From NCBI GenBank assembly GCA_910585095.1, contig CAJUBU010000002.1, positions 76,622 to 140,621 on the forward strand: a DNA stretch of 64,000 nt, written 5' to 3'. The translations under genes were made by a program, and so were the position numbers. The stretch's first letter is position 1; every line of letters begins with the position of its first letter. Positions 1-10,748 of this stretch are shown piece after piece. Below the pieces are notes generated by a model. It did no database searches, was not told the origin of the DNA, and saw only the letters and a program-made list of their open reading frames with translations. The stretch comes from an uncultured Lachnospira sp. (GTDB lineage: Bacteria; Bacillota; Clostridia; Lachnospirales; Lachnospiraceae).

Positions 1-393
1 ATGAATGTTTCTTCCAGTGCAGGATTATTACCTGGCGGACCGCATATGGCAACTTATTATGCTACAAAAGCATATGTTACTAGTTTAACTTGTTCTATCT
101 ACCAAGAATTAAAAGAATCTAAAAGTCATGTGCATATCTGCGCATTATGTCCAGGTCCTGTTCAGACAAATTTTAATAAAGTTGCTAATGTCCAATTTTC
201 TATAAATGGAATATCTGCATCGTATTGTGCAACCTATGGACTTAAAAAAATGTTTCAAAAAAAGCTGCTTATTATACCAACATTTTATATGAAAGCCGCT
301 GTCTGGGCAATGAATAAAACACCTCGCAAAATAGCACTTGCAATTACCTCACATCAACAGCACAAAAAATATAATAAATCAAAAGCTTTATAA
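1..393 (+). CDS. Short-chain dehydrogenase/reductase (SDR), C-terminal fragment; the 5' end lies outside the window
   Basis: SDR catalytic YxxxK block (YYATKAY) followed by the typical CPGPVxT motif. The ORF is open to the window edge. Confidence 0.7.
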   Translation: MNVSSSAGLLPGGPHMATYYATKAYVTSLTCSIYQELKESKSHVHICALCPGPVQTNFNKVANVQFSINGISASYCATYGLKKMFQKKLLIIPTFYMKAAVWAMNKTPRKIALAITSHQQHKKYNKSKAL

Positions 394-485
394 TTTATTA
401 TTTTTACAAAAAAATAATAGTGTATATAAGCAAAATATTATTACTTACACAAATCCATTTTTATTTTCTTATAAGCACTGTGAAA

Positions 486-1406
486 TTACTCTTTTCGCAG
501 TGCTTGTGCAATATCACTTATCTTTCTAAGCCGATGATTTACGCCTGATTTTCCAACAGGTGGAGAAAGTCGCTCTCCAATATCCTTAAGATTCATATCT
601 GGATTTTCAAGACGAATCATCGCTACATTATACAAAGGCTCTTTCAGATAACCAAGCCCCATTGTATCTCTGATATATTCTATATCTTTAATCTGTTTTA
701 CTGCCGCTTCAACCGTCTTATTGATATTGGCAGTCTCACAGTTTACCTTTCGATTTACATCATTGCGCATACCTTTTAAAATCATTACATTATATAAATC
801 CATCTGTGAGACAAACGCTCCCATAACATTAAGGCAGTCCGTAATATGATTGCCTTCTTTGATATAAGTAATATAATTATTTTTTCTGGCAATGACTTTG
901 GCGTCCAATTCAAAAAATGCAAACATTTCTTTAAGCTGTATTGCATCGGTCTGATTGGTACACACGATTTCATAATGATAGGATTTATTGGGATCACTTA
1001 TAGACCCTGCTGCCAAAAAAGCCCCTCTTATAAAAGCTCTTTTGCAACACTCCTTTTGTACAAGCAAGGAATTATTCAGCATTTTTCTTTCTGAATCATT
1101 CCACTTGATTGCCATTAATATTTTTTCAGTAACACTTTTATTTTGTATTTTTATATTAATAATATTATTTTTTTTGCCTTCATATTGCAATGCAATATCT
1201 TTGTTTGATACATTAAATGCACATTTTATTAACTGTACAAAAACATCTGCCACAATATCATTTTCTGTTGTTGCACAAAGTCCATCCCATTGATTACAGG
1301 TATTTGCACAAAATGCCATAATAGCGGCAAGTTCTGCTATCTGACAATCTTTGGCAGTATCAATTTTATGTTTTAATTCTTCTTTAACTTGTGATGAAAA
1401 AGACAT
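486..1406 (-). CDS. whiA: DNA-binding sporulation/cell-division regulator WhiA
   Basis: Starts MSFSSQVKEEL, typical of WhiA, with a LAGLIDADG-like middle region and a C-terminal HTH (GKSGVNHRLRKI). The ATG at 1406 lies 1 nt after the rapZ stop. The longer ORF start at 1436 is unlikely. Confidence 0.9.
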   Translation of the reverse strand: MSFSSQVKEELKHKIDTAKDCQIAELAAIMAFCANTCNQWDGLCATTENDIVADVFVQLIKCAFNVSNKDIALQYEGKKNNIINIKIQNKSVTEKILMAIKWNDSERKMLNNSLLVQKECCKRAFIRGAFLAAGSISDPNKSYHYEIVCTNQTDAIQLKEMFAFFELDAKVIARKNNYITYIKEGNHITDCLNVMGAFVSQMDLYNVMILKGMRNDVNRKVNCETANINKTVEAAVKQIKDIEYIRDTMGLGYLKEPLYNVAMIRLENPDMNLKDIGERLSPPVGKSGVNHRLRKISDIAQALRKE

Positions 1407-1407
1407 T

Positions 1408-2277
1408 TCAATCCTTTCGTTTGGAATCCTTATCAATATCCCGATGTTCCACTTTACAGCCGTATTTACTCGTCTTTAATGTTTTTGCAACTGCATTTGC
1501 AAGCGTAACAGAGCGATGTTTTCCACCTGTACAGCCAATGGCAATAACAAGGCTATTTTTACCCTCTGTCACATAATTTGGAAGTAAAAACGCAATTAAA
1601 TCTGTTACTTTTGATAAAAAAATATGTGCCGTCTCAAATCCCATAACATAATCTTGTATTGCCTTATCATTTCCTGTCTGATATTTTAACTTTTCTATAT
1701 AATAGGGATTAGGCAAAAAACGCACATCAAATACTAAATCAGCATCTGATGGTATTCCATACTTAAAGCCAAACGATAATACAGTAACAAATAAATTATT
1801 ATAAGACTCTTCACCAACAAATAATTTTTCCAATTGCTGTTTTAATTCTCTAGTAAGCATTTGGCTGGTATCCATAATGTAATCGGCACGATTTCTTAAA
1901 AACTGCATCTGTTTTCGCTCAACAACAATAGCATGGTCAACACGGTCATCTTTTGCTAATGGATGTGTTCTTCTTGTCTCTTTATATCGTTTTACTAAAA
2001 CATCATCATTGGCATCTAAAAACAAAATTTTACATTCATAATTTTCAGACTTCATTTCATCTAAAATGGGTTCCATATCATTTATAGAAACTGCATTTCT
2101 GATATCAACGCCTAGCGCAATATTAGAATAACCTTTTTGCCCTTCTGCCAACTGGGCAAATCTTGGAATAAGCTCAATAGGCATATTGTCTACACAGTAA
2201 TATCCACAGTCTTCCAATACATTAAGCGCTGTTGATTTGCCAGCTCCAGACATTCCTGTAACTATTATAATCTTCAT
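1408..2277 (-). CDS. rapZ: RNase adapter / nucleotide-binding protein RapZ (YvcJ)
   Basis: N-terminal Walker A GMSGAGKST; full-length similarity pattern to the YvcJ/RapZ family; C-terminal CTGGKHRS motif. Confidence 0.9.
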   Translation of the reverse strand: MKIIIVTGMSGAGKSTALNVLEDCGYYCVDNMPIELIPRFAQLAEGQKGYSNIALGVDIRNAVSINDMEPILDEMKSENYECKILFLDANDDVLVKRYKETRRTHPLAKDDRVDHAIVVERKQMQFLRNRADYIMDTSQMLTRELKQQLEKLFVGEESYNNLFVTVLSFGFKYGIPSDADLVFDVRFLPNPYYIEKLKYQTGNDKAIQDYVMGFETAHIFLSKVTDLIAFLLPNYVTEGKNSLVIAIGCTGGKHRSVTLANAVAKTLKTSKYGCKVEHRDIDKDSKRKD

Positions 2278-2420
2278 AGTTTATCTCCAATATTCTCAAA
2301 AAATACACTCATATTTTTTAGTATATATATCTTCAATATTTGTTTTTACTAACTGTTTTTCAAATATATATTTAGCTTTTGTGCTGCAACTGATTTTAAG
2401 AGCAGTTAATAACTCCATTT

Positions 2421-3359
2421 TCATCCGTCAATAAACCCTAATTTTTTCACTTCTAATTCAAGCTTTACTCCTGTTTGTTCCTGTACAATACGCGCAACTT
2501 CGTCTGTTAATTTTATAAAGTCCTGTGCTGTTGCCATCCCTGTATTGACAACAAAGCCCGCATGTTTTTCAGAAACCTGAACTCCTCCAACTCTAAATCC
2601 TTTAAGACCAGCATCTGATATTAGTTTACCCGCATAAAACCCCTGTGGTCTTTTAAATGTACTGCCTGCACTTGGATATTCTAATGGCTGTTTTTCTTTT
2701 CTAAGAGCAGCTAACGATTCCATCTTTTCCTTAATTGCTTTTGGGTCATCTTGTTTAAGTTCAATGACTGCCTCAAGCACAATATAATTTTTTTCTTGAA
2801 TAATACTTTTTCGATAGCCTAATTCCAGCGCTTCTTTTGATAATTCTATTAAATTTCCATCTCTGTCACAAACTGTTGCTGACAAAATAACATCTTTTAA
2901 CTCACTGCCATATGCCCCTGCATTCATGCAAACACCACCGCCCAAGCTTCCCGGAATGCCACTGGCAAACTCGAATCCTGTACAACCTTCTTTAGCCGCT
3001 ATAGTTGCCAACTTTATCATACTAATACCTGAAAAAGCCTTGAATTGCACTGTTTTTCTATCTTTACACCAACAAATGCTATAATCAGAATAATGATGAT
3101 ATAATTGTATAATAACACCTCGAAAACCATCATCACTGACAAGAAGATTACTGCCATTACCAATTACATAATAATTTATATTAAAATTTTTTAATGCTTG
3201 TATTAATTGCGGTATTTGTCTTAAATCTGTCGGAGTGACAAAACAATCTGCTGGTCCGCCTATTTTTAAAGTCGTATGATGTTTCATTGGTTCTGACAAC
3301 TTTACACGTTCTTTTCCAACAATTTTTTGTATGTATTGTACTATATGATTATCAATCAT
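2421..3359 (-). CDS. murB: UDP-N-acetylenolpyruvoylglucosamine reductase MurB
   Basis: FAD-binding motifs (KIGGPADCF, GNGSNLLVSD) and a MurB C-terminal domain. The ATG at 3359 overlaps the upstream glucokinase stop by 8 nt. The longer ORF start is unlikely. Confidence 0.9.
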   Translation of the reverse strand: MIDNHIVQYIQKIVGKERVKLSEPMKHHTTLKIGGPADCFVTPTDLRQIPQLIQALKNFNINYYVIGNGSNLLVSDDGFRGVIIQLYHHYSDYSICWCKDRKTVQFKAFSGISMIKLATIAAKEGCTGFEFASGIPGSLGGGVCMNAGAYGSELKDVILSATVCDRDGNLIELSKEALELGYRKSIIQEKNYIVLEAVIELKQDDPKAIKEKMESLAALRKEKQPLEYPSAGSTFKRPQGFYAGKLISDAGLKGFRVGGVQVSEKHAGFVVNTGMATAQDFIKLTDEVARIVQEQTGVKLELEVKKLGFIDG

Positions 3360-4287
3360 TCTCGCTCTCTCCATGAACAGACTGCAAATCTCCCAATACC
3401 AATTTTGCTGCGCCATATATACCAGCATCATTTTCTAACAATGCCTTTACTATAGTAGTATCTTTGCTGGCATGAAATGCAAACATTTGATAATATTTTC
3501 TAATTTTTTGTAAAAAATATTCGCCTGCTGCCGATACGCCGCCGCCTATAATAAAACATTCGGGATCGACAACACCAGCTATACAAGCCATTCCCTTTGC
3601 AAGATATTTTGATACATTCTCTATTACAGCATCCATTGCTTTATCGCCAGCTATCGCCTTGTCAAACGCCTCTTTTGCATTGTTTGTTCCTGCAAGCCTT
3701 GCAATTCCTGATGCGGAAGCCACTTGCTCAAGACACCCTGTATTTCCGCAAGAACACGCATAATCAAGACCTTCCACAACTGGAAGATGTCCTATCTCAG
3801 CAGCAGCGCCATGAAATCCATTAACAATGTGTCCATCAAGAATAAGTCCGCCTCCGACACCTGTTCCAATCGTAAGCATCATAATGCTATGATATCCTTT
3901 TCCGCTCCCTTTGAAAAATTCTCCAAGCGCGGCAACATTCGCATCATTTGCTATATGAATACAATCTTTAGAAACATTTATCATCTTAGACAGTTCGTCT
4001 GCAACATAAACCACACCCCAGCCCAAGTTAACACATTTATTAACAGCGCCATCATTTCGGATTGCACCTGGAATACCAATACCAATACCTAAAATATCCG
4101 AAATTTGAATTGCATTTTTTTCAATCGTTTTAATAATATACTGTGCAATATCTACTAAAATATATTTGCCATTTTCCTGCGTTCTGGTAGGAATTTCCTC
4201 CTTTATGACAAGCTCTGCATCACCGTCAAACACACCGCACTTAATGGTACTCCCGCCTATATCAATGCCAAATATTGTCTTACTCAT
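3352..4287 (-). CDS. ROK-family glucokinase
   Basis: N-terminal GIDIGGSTIK ATPase motif and ROK zinc motif CSCGNTGCLE, with no N-terminal HTH. The ATG at 4287 sits 6-7 nt after GGCGGTG. Confidence 0.8.
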   Translation of the reverse strand: MSKTIFGIDIGGSTIKCGVFDGDAELVIKEEIPTRTQENGKYILVDIAQYIIKTIEKNAIQISDILGIGIGIPGAIRNDGAVNKCVNLGWGVVYVADELSKMINVSKDCIHIANDANVAALGEFFKGSGKGYHSIMMLTIGTGVGGGLILDGHIVNGFHGAAAEIGHLPVVEGLDYACSCGNTGCLEQVASASGIARLAGTNNAKEAFDKAIAGDKAMDAVIENVSKYLAKGMACIAGVVDPECFIIGGGVSAAGEYFLQKIRKYYQMFAFHASKDTTIVKALLENDAGIYGAAKLVLGDLQSVHGESEND

Positions 4288-5227
4288 CGTCATCACCGCC
4301 ACGCATAAGATTTTCTTGCACTCTTCTGTACAACTCTTTTGCCGCATTGTATCCCATTTTCTTTTGTCTATGATTAACTGCAGCCGCCTCTACAATAACA
4401 GCCAGATTACGTCCTGGTCTTATTGGAAGTGAATGACATACTACCTTATTTCCAAGATACTCTGTATACTCTTCTTCCAAACCAAGTCGGTCGTACTCTT
4501 TATCTTTATTCCAATCCTCTAACTTGATTACCATATCAATCTGTTGTTCTTCTTTGACACTCTCAACGCCAAACAACGTCTTCACATCAATAATACCGAT
4601 ACCTCTTAATTCAATAAAATATTTGGTGACGCCTGGCGCTGAACCAATTAAAGTCTCATCACTTATCTTTCGGATTTCAACAGCATCATCGGTTACAAGA
4701 CGATGTCCGCGCTTTAACAGTTCAAGTGCAGCTTCACTCTTACCAATACCACTCTCTCCTATAATAAGCACACCTGTGCCATATACATCAACAAGAACAC
4801 CATGAATAACGATACATGGAGCTAACTCAACATTAAGCCATCTTGTCACTTCAGCAACAAACGCCGATGTTGCTGCTTTTGATTTTAAAATTGGTATCTT
4901 ATATTTATTTGCCAATTCGATTATTTTTTCTTCTGGCTCTAAATTTCTGCAAAATACAAGACATGGTATATTACTTGATAAAAGCTGCATATAGCGCTCA
5001 AAACGTATATCTTGTGAAAGGCTTTTAAGATAAGCAAATTCGACATTGCCAATAATTTGTATACGGTCGTTATCAAACTGGTCATAAAATCCTGTAAGCT
5101 GCAATGCTGGTCTATTGACTTCAGGTATATTAAGCCAAATTCCTTTTGTGTCAATATCTGGAGTTAAGTTTACCAGTTCCATCTTTTCTATTACTTTTGA
5201 TAATCTCACTCTCTCTGTTGAATTCAT
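4280..5227 (-). CDS. hprK: HPr kinase/phosphorylase
   Basis: P-loop GESGIGKSE followed by the HprK signature ELLKRGHRLVTDD. A GGAGGA RBS precedes the ATG at 5227. Confidence 0.9.
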   Translation of the reverse strand: MNSTERVRLSKVIEKMELVNLTPDIDTKGIWLNIPEVNRPALQLTGFYDQFDNDRIQIIGNVEFAYLKSLSQDIRFERYMQLLSSNIPCLVFCRNLEPEEKIIELANKYKIPILKSKAATSAFVAEVTRWLNVELAPCIVIHGVLVDVYGTGVLIIGESGIGKSEAALELLKRGHRLVTDDAVEIRKISDETLIGSAPGVTKYFIELRGIGIIDVKTLFGVESVKEEQQIDMVIKLEDWNKDKEYDRLGLEEEYTEYLGNKVVCHSLPIRPGRNLAVIVEAAAVNHRQKKMGYNAAKELYRRVQENLMRGGDDDE

Positions 5228-5376
5228 AATTAATCCTCCATTCTTACTCAGCAAACAAGCTTGAATATATACTCAACCTTGCTATTATCTTTTAATCTAC
5301 CAACTTGTGCCTCTACTTTTAACACTTTTTACATAACATTTTTTAGGATATCAATTTATTTTAACACATTTATGAA

Positions 5377-7197
5377 TCAATGAAAATATCTGTATATATT
5401 TTGTGCGATATTCTTTGTGATACCATCTGCTTTCATCAACTCATCAACCGATGCTTGTCTAATTTTTTCAATATCAAGAAAATGTTTCATTAAAGACTTA
5501 CGCCTTGTAGGTCCAATACCTTCAATCCCATCCAATATGGAATGTACTTGCTGCTTACTTCGGAGGCTTCGATGGTATTCAATAGCAAATCGATGTGCTT
5601 CATCTTGTATTCTTGTAATTAGTTTAAATCCTTCACTGTGTGTATCAATTGCAATTAATTTATTATTATAATACAATCCTCTGGTATTATGTTTATCGTC
5701 TTTGACCATTCCACAGACTGGTATGGAAAGACCAAGCTCTTTTAAAACCCCTAATGCAATATTGACCTGTCCTCGACCGCCGTCCATCATAATCAAATCT
5801 GGATATATCTCAAAGCCTTTTGAACCCTCAATTGCCCGCTTAAAACGTCTGGTAAGAACTTCTTTCATACTGTTGTAATCATCAGGTCCTTTTATGGTCT
5901 TGATCTTAAATTTTCTATAATCGTTCTTTTGAGGTTTGCCATCTTGAAATACAATCATTGAACCAACTGATTCCACTCCATTTGTGTTAGATATATCATA
6001 TGCTTCTGCCCTTTTTATTGCAGGCAGTCCTATTAAGTCTGCAATCTCTGCCATTGCGCCAATTGTTTTTTTCTGTTCATTTTTTATTCGTTCAGTATCT
6101 TGCAATAAAACATTTTGAGCATTTTTATATGCAAGTTCAACCAATTTTTCTTTATCACCTTTTTTCGGTGTAATAATTTTTACTTTTGTTTTTTTTATAT
6201 CCGTTAGCCATGCTGCAACAATATCTGCATCTTCTATTTCTTTTTGTATCATAATAACATTTGGAATATATGGTGTTCCTCCATAATACTGTTTAATAAA
6301 CTGAGAAAGAATTTCACTTAATCCATCACCTTGTGCTACTGACATATGAAAGTGATCTCTCCCTAATAGTTTTCCTTCTCTTACAAAAAACACCTGAACG
6401 ACCGCATCATTACCATCGCTAGCACAGGCAATCACATCTCTGTCTGCATTGTCGTCTGTTGTTATTTTTTGCTTTTGAGCTACCTGTTTTACACTGCTTA
6501 TCAAATCTCTATATTTTGCTGCATCCTCATACTGCATATTTTGTGCGCACTCTTTCATACTATCCATAAGATTTCCCAAAATTTTAGTATAATTGCCATT
6601 TAAAAATTCAATTACTTCATCAATAGCTTTTTTATACGTTTCTTCATCAATATATCCTTGACATGGCGCACTGCATTGTCCAATATGATAATTTAGACAA
6701 GGTCTTTCTTTACCTGTATCTTTAGGAAGACGTCTATTACATGTACGAATCTTATATAACTTACATAATAATTCAATTGTATCATTCACTGCTTTTGAGG
6801 AGGTATACGGTCCAAAGTAACGCCCTGTTCCATGTTTGATATCTCTTGACACAAACACTCTTGGATATGCCTCTTGCGTTGTTACTTTGATAAACGGATA
6901 GGTCTTATCATCTTTTAACATGGTATTATACTTAGGACTATGCTCTTTTATCAAATTACATTCCAATACAAGTGCTTCAAGCTCGGAATCGGTAATAATA
7001 TATTCAAAATAACTAATATGGGATACCATCTGTTTAATCTTGGCAGTATGCTTTGTACTTTCCCTAAAATACTGTCGGACACGATTTTTTAAATTGACCG
7101 CTTTTCCTACATATATAATGGTATCTATATTGTCGTGCATAATATAAACTCCCGGCAAATCCGGGAGTTTTTTTAATTCTTCCTCTAAATCAAACAT
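5377..7197 (-). CDS. uvrC: Excinuclease ABC subunit C
   Basis: GIY-YIG N-terminus ([22 protein letters not shown]), UVR domain and C-terminal (HhH)2. Length is 606 aa. Confidence 0.95.
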   Translation of the reverse strand: MFDLEEELKKLPDLPGVYIMHDNIDTIIYVGKAVNLKNRVRQYFRESTKHTAKIKQMVSHISYFEYIITDSELEALVLECNLIKEHSPKYNTMLKDDKTYPFIKVTTQEAYPRVFVSRDIKHGTGRYFGPYTSSKAVNDTIELLCKLYKIRTCNRRLPKDTGKERPCLNYHIGQCSAPCQGYIDEETYKKAIDEVIEFLNGNYTKILGNLMDSMKECAQNMQYEDAAKYRDLISSVKQVAQKQKITTDDNADRDVIACASDGNDAVVQVFFVREGKLLGRDHFHMSVAQGDGLSEILSQFIKQYYGGTPYIPNVIMIQKEIEDADIVAAWLTDIKKTKVKIITPKKGDKEKLVELAYKNAQNVLLQDTERIKNEQKKTIGAMAEIADLIGLPAIKRAEAYDISNTNGVESVGSMIVFQDGKPQKNDYRKFKIKTIKGPDDYNSMKEVLTRRFKRAIEGSKGFEIYPDLIMMDGGRGQVNIALGVLKELGLSIPVCGMVKDDKHNTRGLYYNNKLIAIDTHSEGFKLITRIQDEAHRFAIEYHRSLRSKQQVHSILDGIEGIGPTRRKSLMKHFLDIEKIRQASVDELMKADGITKNIAQNIYRYFH

Positions 7198-7230
7198 ATT
7201 ATTTCTCCATTTTTATAGCATTGTACAATT

Positions 7231-7278
7231 AAGCGAATATTCGCAATCCACTATGCTGCTTGCTCATAACCTCATTGC
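7231..7278. repeat. Dispersed intergenic repeat, copy 1 (begins with the perfect 12-bp palindrome GCGAATATTCGC)
   Basis: AAGCGAATATTCGCAATCCACTATGCTGCTTGCTCATAACCTCATTGC. About three quarters of positions are identical to copy 2 at equal length, and related copies occur at three more intergenic sites. Confidence 0.6.
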
Positions 7279-7305
7279 CAATGCCTTTGCAACATAGTTC
7301 ATTTA

Positions 7306-9627
7306 TTAATATAACCAACGAATATACCATGATATATTACGAACAATGTATTTTCTTAACTGTTTGGCATTATACGTAAACTCTTTCATTTGCCTTGTAT
7401 TGACAGCATACCTCCCGCCACTTAAATCAACATTTGTCACCATATTACACATTTTAGAAAATTTCATTCTTTTAAAAAACGAATCCATCTGTTCCATATA
7501 ACTGCCAAAACTTTCATATTCCATATATTCTGGTCTTAAAAATCCTGCCTTGCTCATAATTTTTTCTAAATAATTATACATTGTTATAACATTATATGAA
7601 CGAAATATTTTATTAATCTTCCTTTTTCTCACAAGAATACAAAAAGCAATACCCACAGCCAAAATAAAAATAGCAATAACAATTGTAAAAATAATAGTTC
7701 CTATAAAGGTATTTCTTTGAGTTATATCTTCTACATTAACATTTAAAACAGGATTTTCAGCTTCATCCTCATCGGTTTCATTAATCAACTCATCATCTTG
7801 ACTTTCTTCTTCATCGTCTTCTGCTAAATTTAAATCTTCATCAACCTGCCCTGTATTTGGAAAATTTGTTATATTTACTGGAGTAATTCCTGTTCCTGAC
7901 GGTGTTGGATCAACATTAATCCAACCAATTCCATTTAAGTACACCTGTGTCCAAGCATGTGCATCCGAATCCTTTACTTCAACAACATATCGGTCTTTAT
8001 TAGACTCATAAGTGGACCTTATCACTCTATCAAATGGAACAGCATACCCTTCCACATATCTTGCTGGAATCCCATATGCTCGAAACATCAATGTTGCCGC
8101 AGTTGCAAAATAAGAACAATAGCCTTGCTTACTTTCACTCAAAAAATATTTAAAAAAATCCTGACCATCTGGAATTTTTCCTGGTGATAATGTATAAGCA
8201 TAATTATTCTGTAGAAAATCTTTAACATACTCGATACAATCCAGTTCTAGTTCTAGTGTAGCAGTACTCCTTTCACCTGCCGCTTCAAAAATTAATTCTT
8301 TCTGCGGTGCAGATATTTGAAGATAACTATATGATGCGGCTGCATCTGCTTTTTTAGCTGACCGAACAATATTATTACTATCATCTTTTGACAGCTGTAC
8401 TTCATCTCCATCTCTATTTATAATTCCCTCTGATATCTTTTGAAGCTTCTCATAATACTCACTATTTAATTTTATACCTGTTGTATCTTTAATATTTCTT
8501 TTAGAAAAAAGACGATCAAACCTATAAAAATTATCTTGTATTTCAAGCCCTGTTTGTTCAAGATATCTTTTCCAGCCAGGTATTGCTTTAACTCTATCTA
8601 ACAAAAGCCCCGTATAATCATCGCATATTTCATAAGATTCTCTCTTTGTCCAATAATTAGAATTTTCTATATAATTTTTACCATAAAATATTGTAATATA
8701 CTGATGATTTCCTATATTTGGTGTACGCATTGTAAATACATCTTGATTTTTGTAAACAATTTCATCTACCTTTCCAAGCTCGCCTCCTTTTATATTGTGA
8801 GAATATGAAAAATCATTTCCATATATAACACTATTATCACCCAAAAGGCTGCTTCCTGCACCGCCTACATTGCCAACCATATCATCCACAAAATAAGTAA
8901 GTTCTGCCAAATACTCATTAGAATTAATAAATGATAATATATTTGAATTCATTTGAACAAATATCTGTGGACGCTTATATTCTTTTGTATTTGTTATCAA
9001 TAACATAATAGACGATATAGCCACACTCATTGCTATAATAAACTTTACATTATTTACCATTTTCTCATCCATAGACGAAACACACAAAACGTGAGTGATA
9101 CAAAAAATCCATATCAGACAAGATGGTACTCTTAGACATATTGTATAGACACATAAAAGAGGAAGCACCATAATTAATGACAGCGCAACACTACGAACAT
9201 AATAAATATTGGCACACACTAAAAATGTTACAACAATACAAAACATCAGTATAGCTAACAATTCATTTACTTTAATTACTTCAAGCCGTTGTGGTGATGG
9301 TTTGACAATTTTTCCATTAAAAATGCTATCATATATGTCATTTACTAAATAGATAACGCCTTGTACCATACGCTTTCCAAATAATATTAATATTAAAATA
9401 AGCGTTCCATCAAAGGCTGGAATCATTATTTTTCCTATCTTTTTAATATGGATTCCTGTCATAAAGACAATTGTCATAAGACAAAGTATACTATATACAA
9501 TATATGGATTTACATAAAGTGCTTTTGTTGTATATAATGTACCTACAATACCAATTTCCCCTAATAATGCTACTATAATCTGCCATATAATAATAGATAT
9601 GTCATATTTCTTTTCCTGATTGTTCAT
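7306..9627 (-). CDS. Transglutaminase-domain integral membrane protein (YebA-like)
   Basis: Multi-TM N-terminus. Transglutaminase-core Cys-His-Asp context (GYCSYFATAATLMFRAYGIPARYVEGY ... DAHAWTQVY ... VDPT). Acidic linker and a C-terminal TM. The ATG at 9627 is preferred over the TTG at 9651 and overlaps the DUF58 gene end. Confidence 0.8.
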   Translation of the reverse strand: MNNQEKKYDISIIIWQIIVALLGEIGIVGTLYTTKALYVNPYIVYSILCLMTIVFMTGIHIKKIGKIMIPAFDGTLILILILFGKRMVQGVIYLVNDIYDSIFNGKIVKPSPQRLEVIKVNELLAILMFCIVVTFLVCANIYYVRSVALSLIMVLPLLCVYTICLRVPSCLIWIFCITHVLCVSSMDEKMVNNVKFIIAMSVAISSIMLLITNTKEYKRPQIFVQMNSNILSFINSNEYLAELTYFVDDMVGNVGGAGSSLLGDNSVIYGNDFSYSHNIKGGELGKVDEIVYKNQDVFTMRTPNIGNHQYITIFYGKNYIENSNYWTKRESYEICDDYTGLLLDRVKAIPGWKRYLEQTGLEIQDNFYRFDRLFSKRNIKDTTGIKLNSEYYEKLQKISEGIINRDGDEVQLSKDDSNNIVRSAKKADAAASYSYLQISAPQKELIFEAAGERSTATLELELDCIEYVKDFLQNNYAYTLSPGKIPDGQDFFKYFLSESKQGYCSYFATAATLMFRAYGIPARYVEGYAVPFDRVIRSTYESNKDRYVVEVKDSDAHAWTQVYLNGIGWINVDPTPSGTGITPVNITNFPNTGQVDEDLNLAEDDEEESQDDELINETDEDEAENPVLNVNVEDITQRNTFIGTIIFTIVIAIFILAVGIAFCILVRKRKINKIFRSYNVITMYNYLEKIMSKAGFLRPEYMEYESFGSYMEQMDSFFKRMKFSKMCNMVTNVDLSGGRYAVNTRQMKEFTYNAKQLRKYIVRNISWYIRWLY

Positions 9628-10690
9628 ACGATGAATTGCTAAACCTTTCAACTACATTCAAAACATTAAATTCTTCTATTTTATAATCTTTTGAAGTTAT
9701 GACAATAATGTTTTCACCAAAATTGTTCTTCTCTAAAAGTACATTTTCCAATAACAAATCAAATGAATATAAGCTGCAATTTATCTTCATAATCGTTTCC
9801 ATTGCTTCATATAATCCTTCAATGCTGTTAAAATCAAATAATTCTATATCACCTTTTCGACAATCCCAATATATAAAACTTGTCTCAATCCCTGCATTAA
9901 CGCATGTGTTTGCCACAGAGTACGCTAAGCGATAGATATTGTCAAGAACATAGCGAAAATTTTTCTCATTATACCATGACAAATCCAATACAATACAATA
10001 ATGCCTTTTTAATTCTTCCCCAAATTGTTTTACAATAAAATCTTCTGACATGATACTTCTTTTCCAATGAATATGATTTAGAGAATCCCCTTCAACAATA
10101 TTGCGTAAATCTTGTACTTCTGTATTGTCTAATTCTATAGGTGACAATGTATATTGGTCTTCTTGATGAATATAGTTCATTTCTGTTTCAATCATTTCAG
10201 CCTTATCTGGAAATATATAAAAAACATTCTGTGTATTATACTGTATTTTTTTTGAGAACATTCCAAGATAATCTCTTACTTCAAACTCACACACATGCAC
10301 TGTAATAAAACCAATATGCTCCAAATTTACATTTATTATTGTATTTTTTTGAAATTGTTTTAACCCCTGAAAAACGACCTCATTTTCATACTCTTTATCA
10401 CTGTTTGAATAACTCACTATGACTTTACATCTACACCATGGAATTTTCATATTAAATTTATTTCCAAACCAGATAACTACATCCAAATTACTGCCATATG
10501 TATATCTTATATTATCATTTGATACATATAATTTCATACTTGCCAAAGAAAACTTGTATACAATCCATGAAATAGAAGGAATAATAACTAATATACATAA
10601 TACTATCATAAATTCATAATTGATAAAAAGACAATTTATCAGCAAAACAATTAAAAGACCAACAATATATGCAAACTTTCTTAACTTCAT
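9602..10690 (-). CDS. DUF58-family protein (YeaD-like), membrane anchored
   Basis: Two N-terminal TM helices. DUF58-type motif IHWKRSIMSEDFIVKQF. Lies between MoxR and the transglutaminase gene, as in the B. subtilis yeaC-yeaD-yebA arrangement. Confidence 0.7.
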   Translation of the reverse strand: MKLRKFAYIVGLLIVLLINCLFINYEFMIVLCILVIIPSISWIVYKFSLASMKLYVSNDNIRYTYGSNLDVVIWFGNKFNMKIPWCRCKVIVSYSNSDKEYENEVVFQGLKQFQKNTIINVNLEHIGFITVHVCEFEVRDYLGMFSKKIQYNTQNVFYIFPDKAEMIETEMNYIHQEDQYTLSPIELDNTEVQDLRNIVEGDSLNHIHWKRSIMSEDFIVKQFGEELKRHYCIVLDLSWYNEKNFRYVLDNIYRLAYSVANTCVNAGIETSFIYWDCRKGDIELFDFNSIEGLYEAMETIMKINCSLYSFDLLLENVLLEKNNFGENIIVITSKDYKIEEFNVLNVVERFSNSSYEQSGKEI

Positions 10691-10748
10691 TTAAATCCCC
10701 CATATTGGAGCAGCTCATTTTGTAAACTATTTAAATTCATCTAATCCT

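Noticed and set aside
7233-7244. Perfect palindrome GCGAATATTCGC upstream of uvrC as a LexA/SOS box
   Set aside because: The Firmicute SOS box is GAAC-N4-GTTC, which this palindrome does not match. The palindrome is the head of the dispersed repeat family found at unrelated loci.
7198-7305. Small peptide genes within the dispersed repeats. Examples are MSKQHSGLRIFA on the minus strand of copy 1, and KRIFAI... frames on the plus strand.
   Set aside because: Start or stop codons are not conserved between copies and there are no RBSs. The similarity is at the nucleotide level only.
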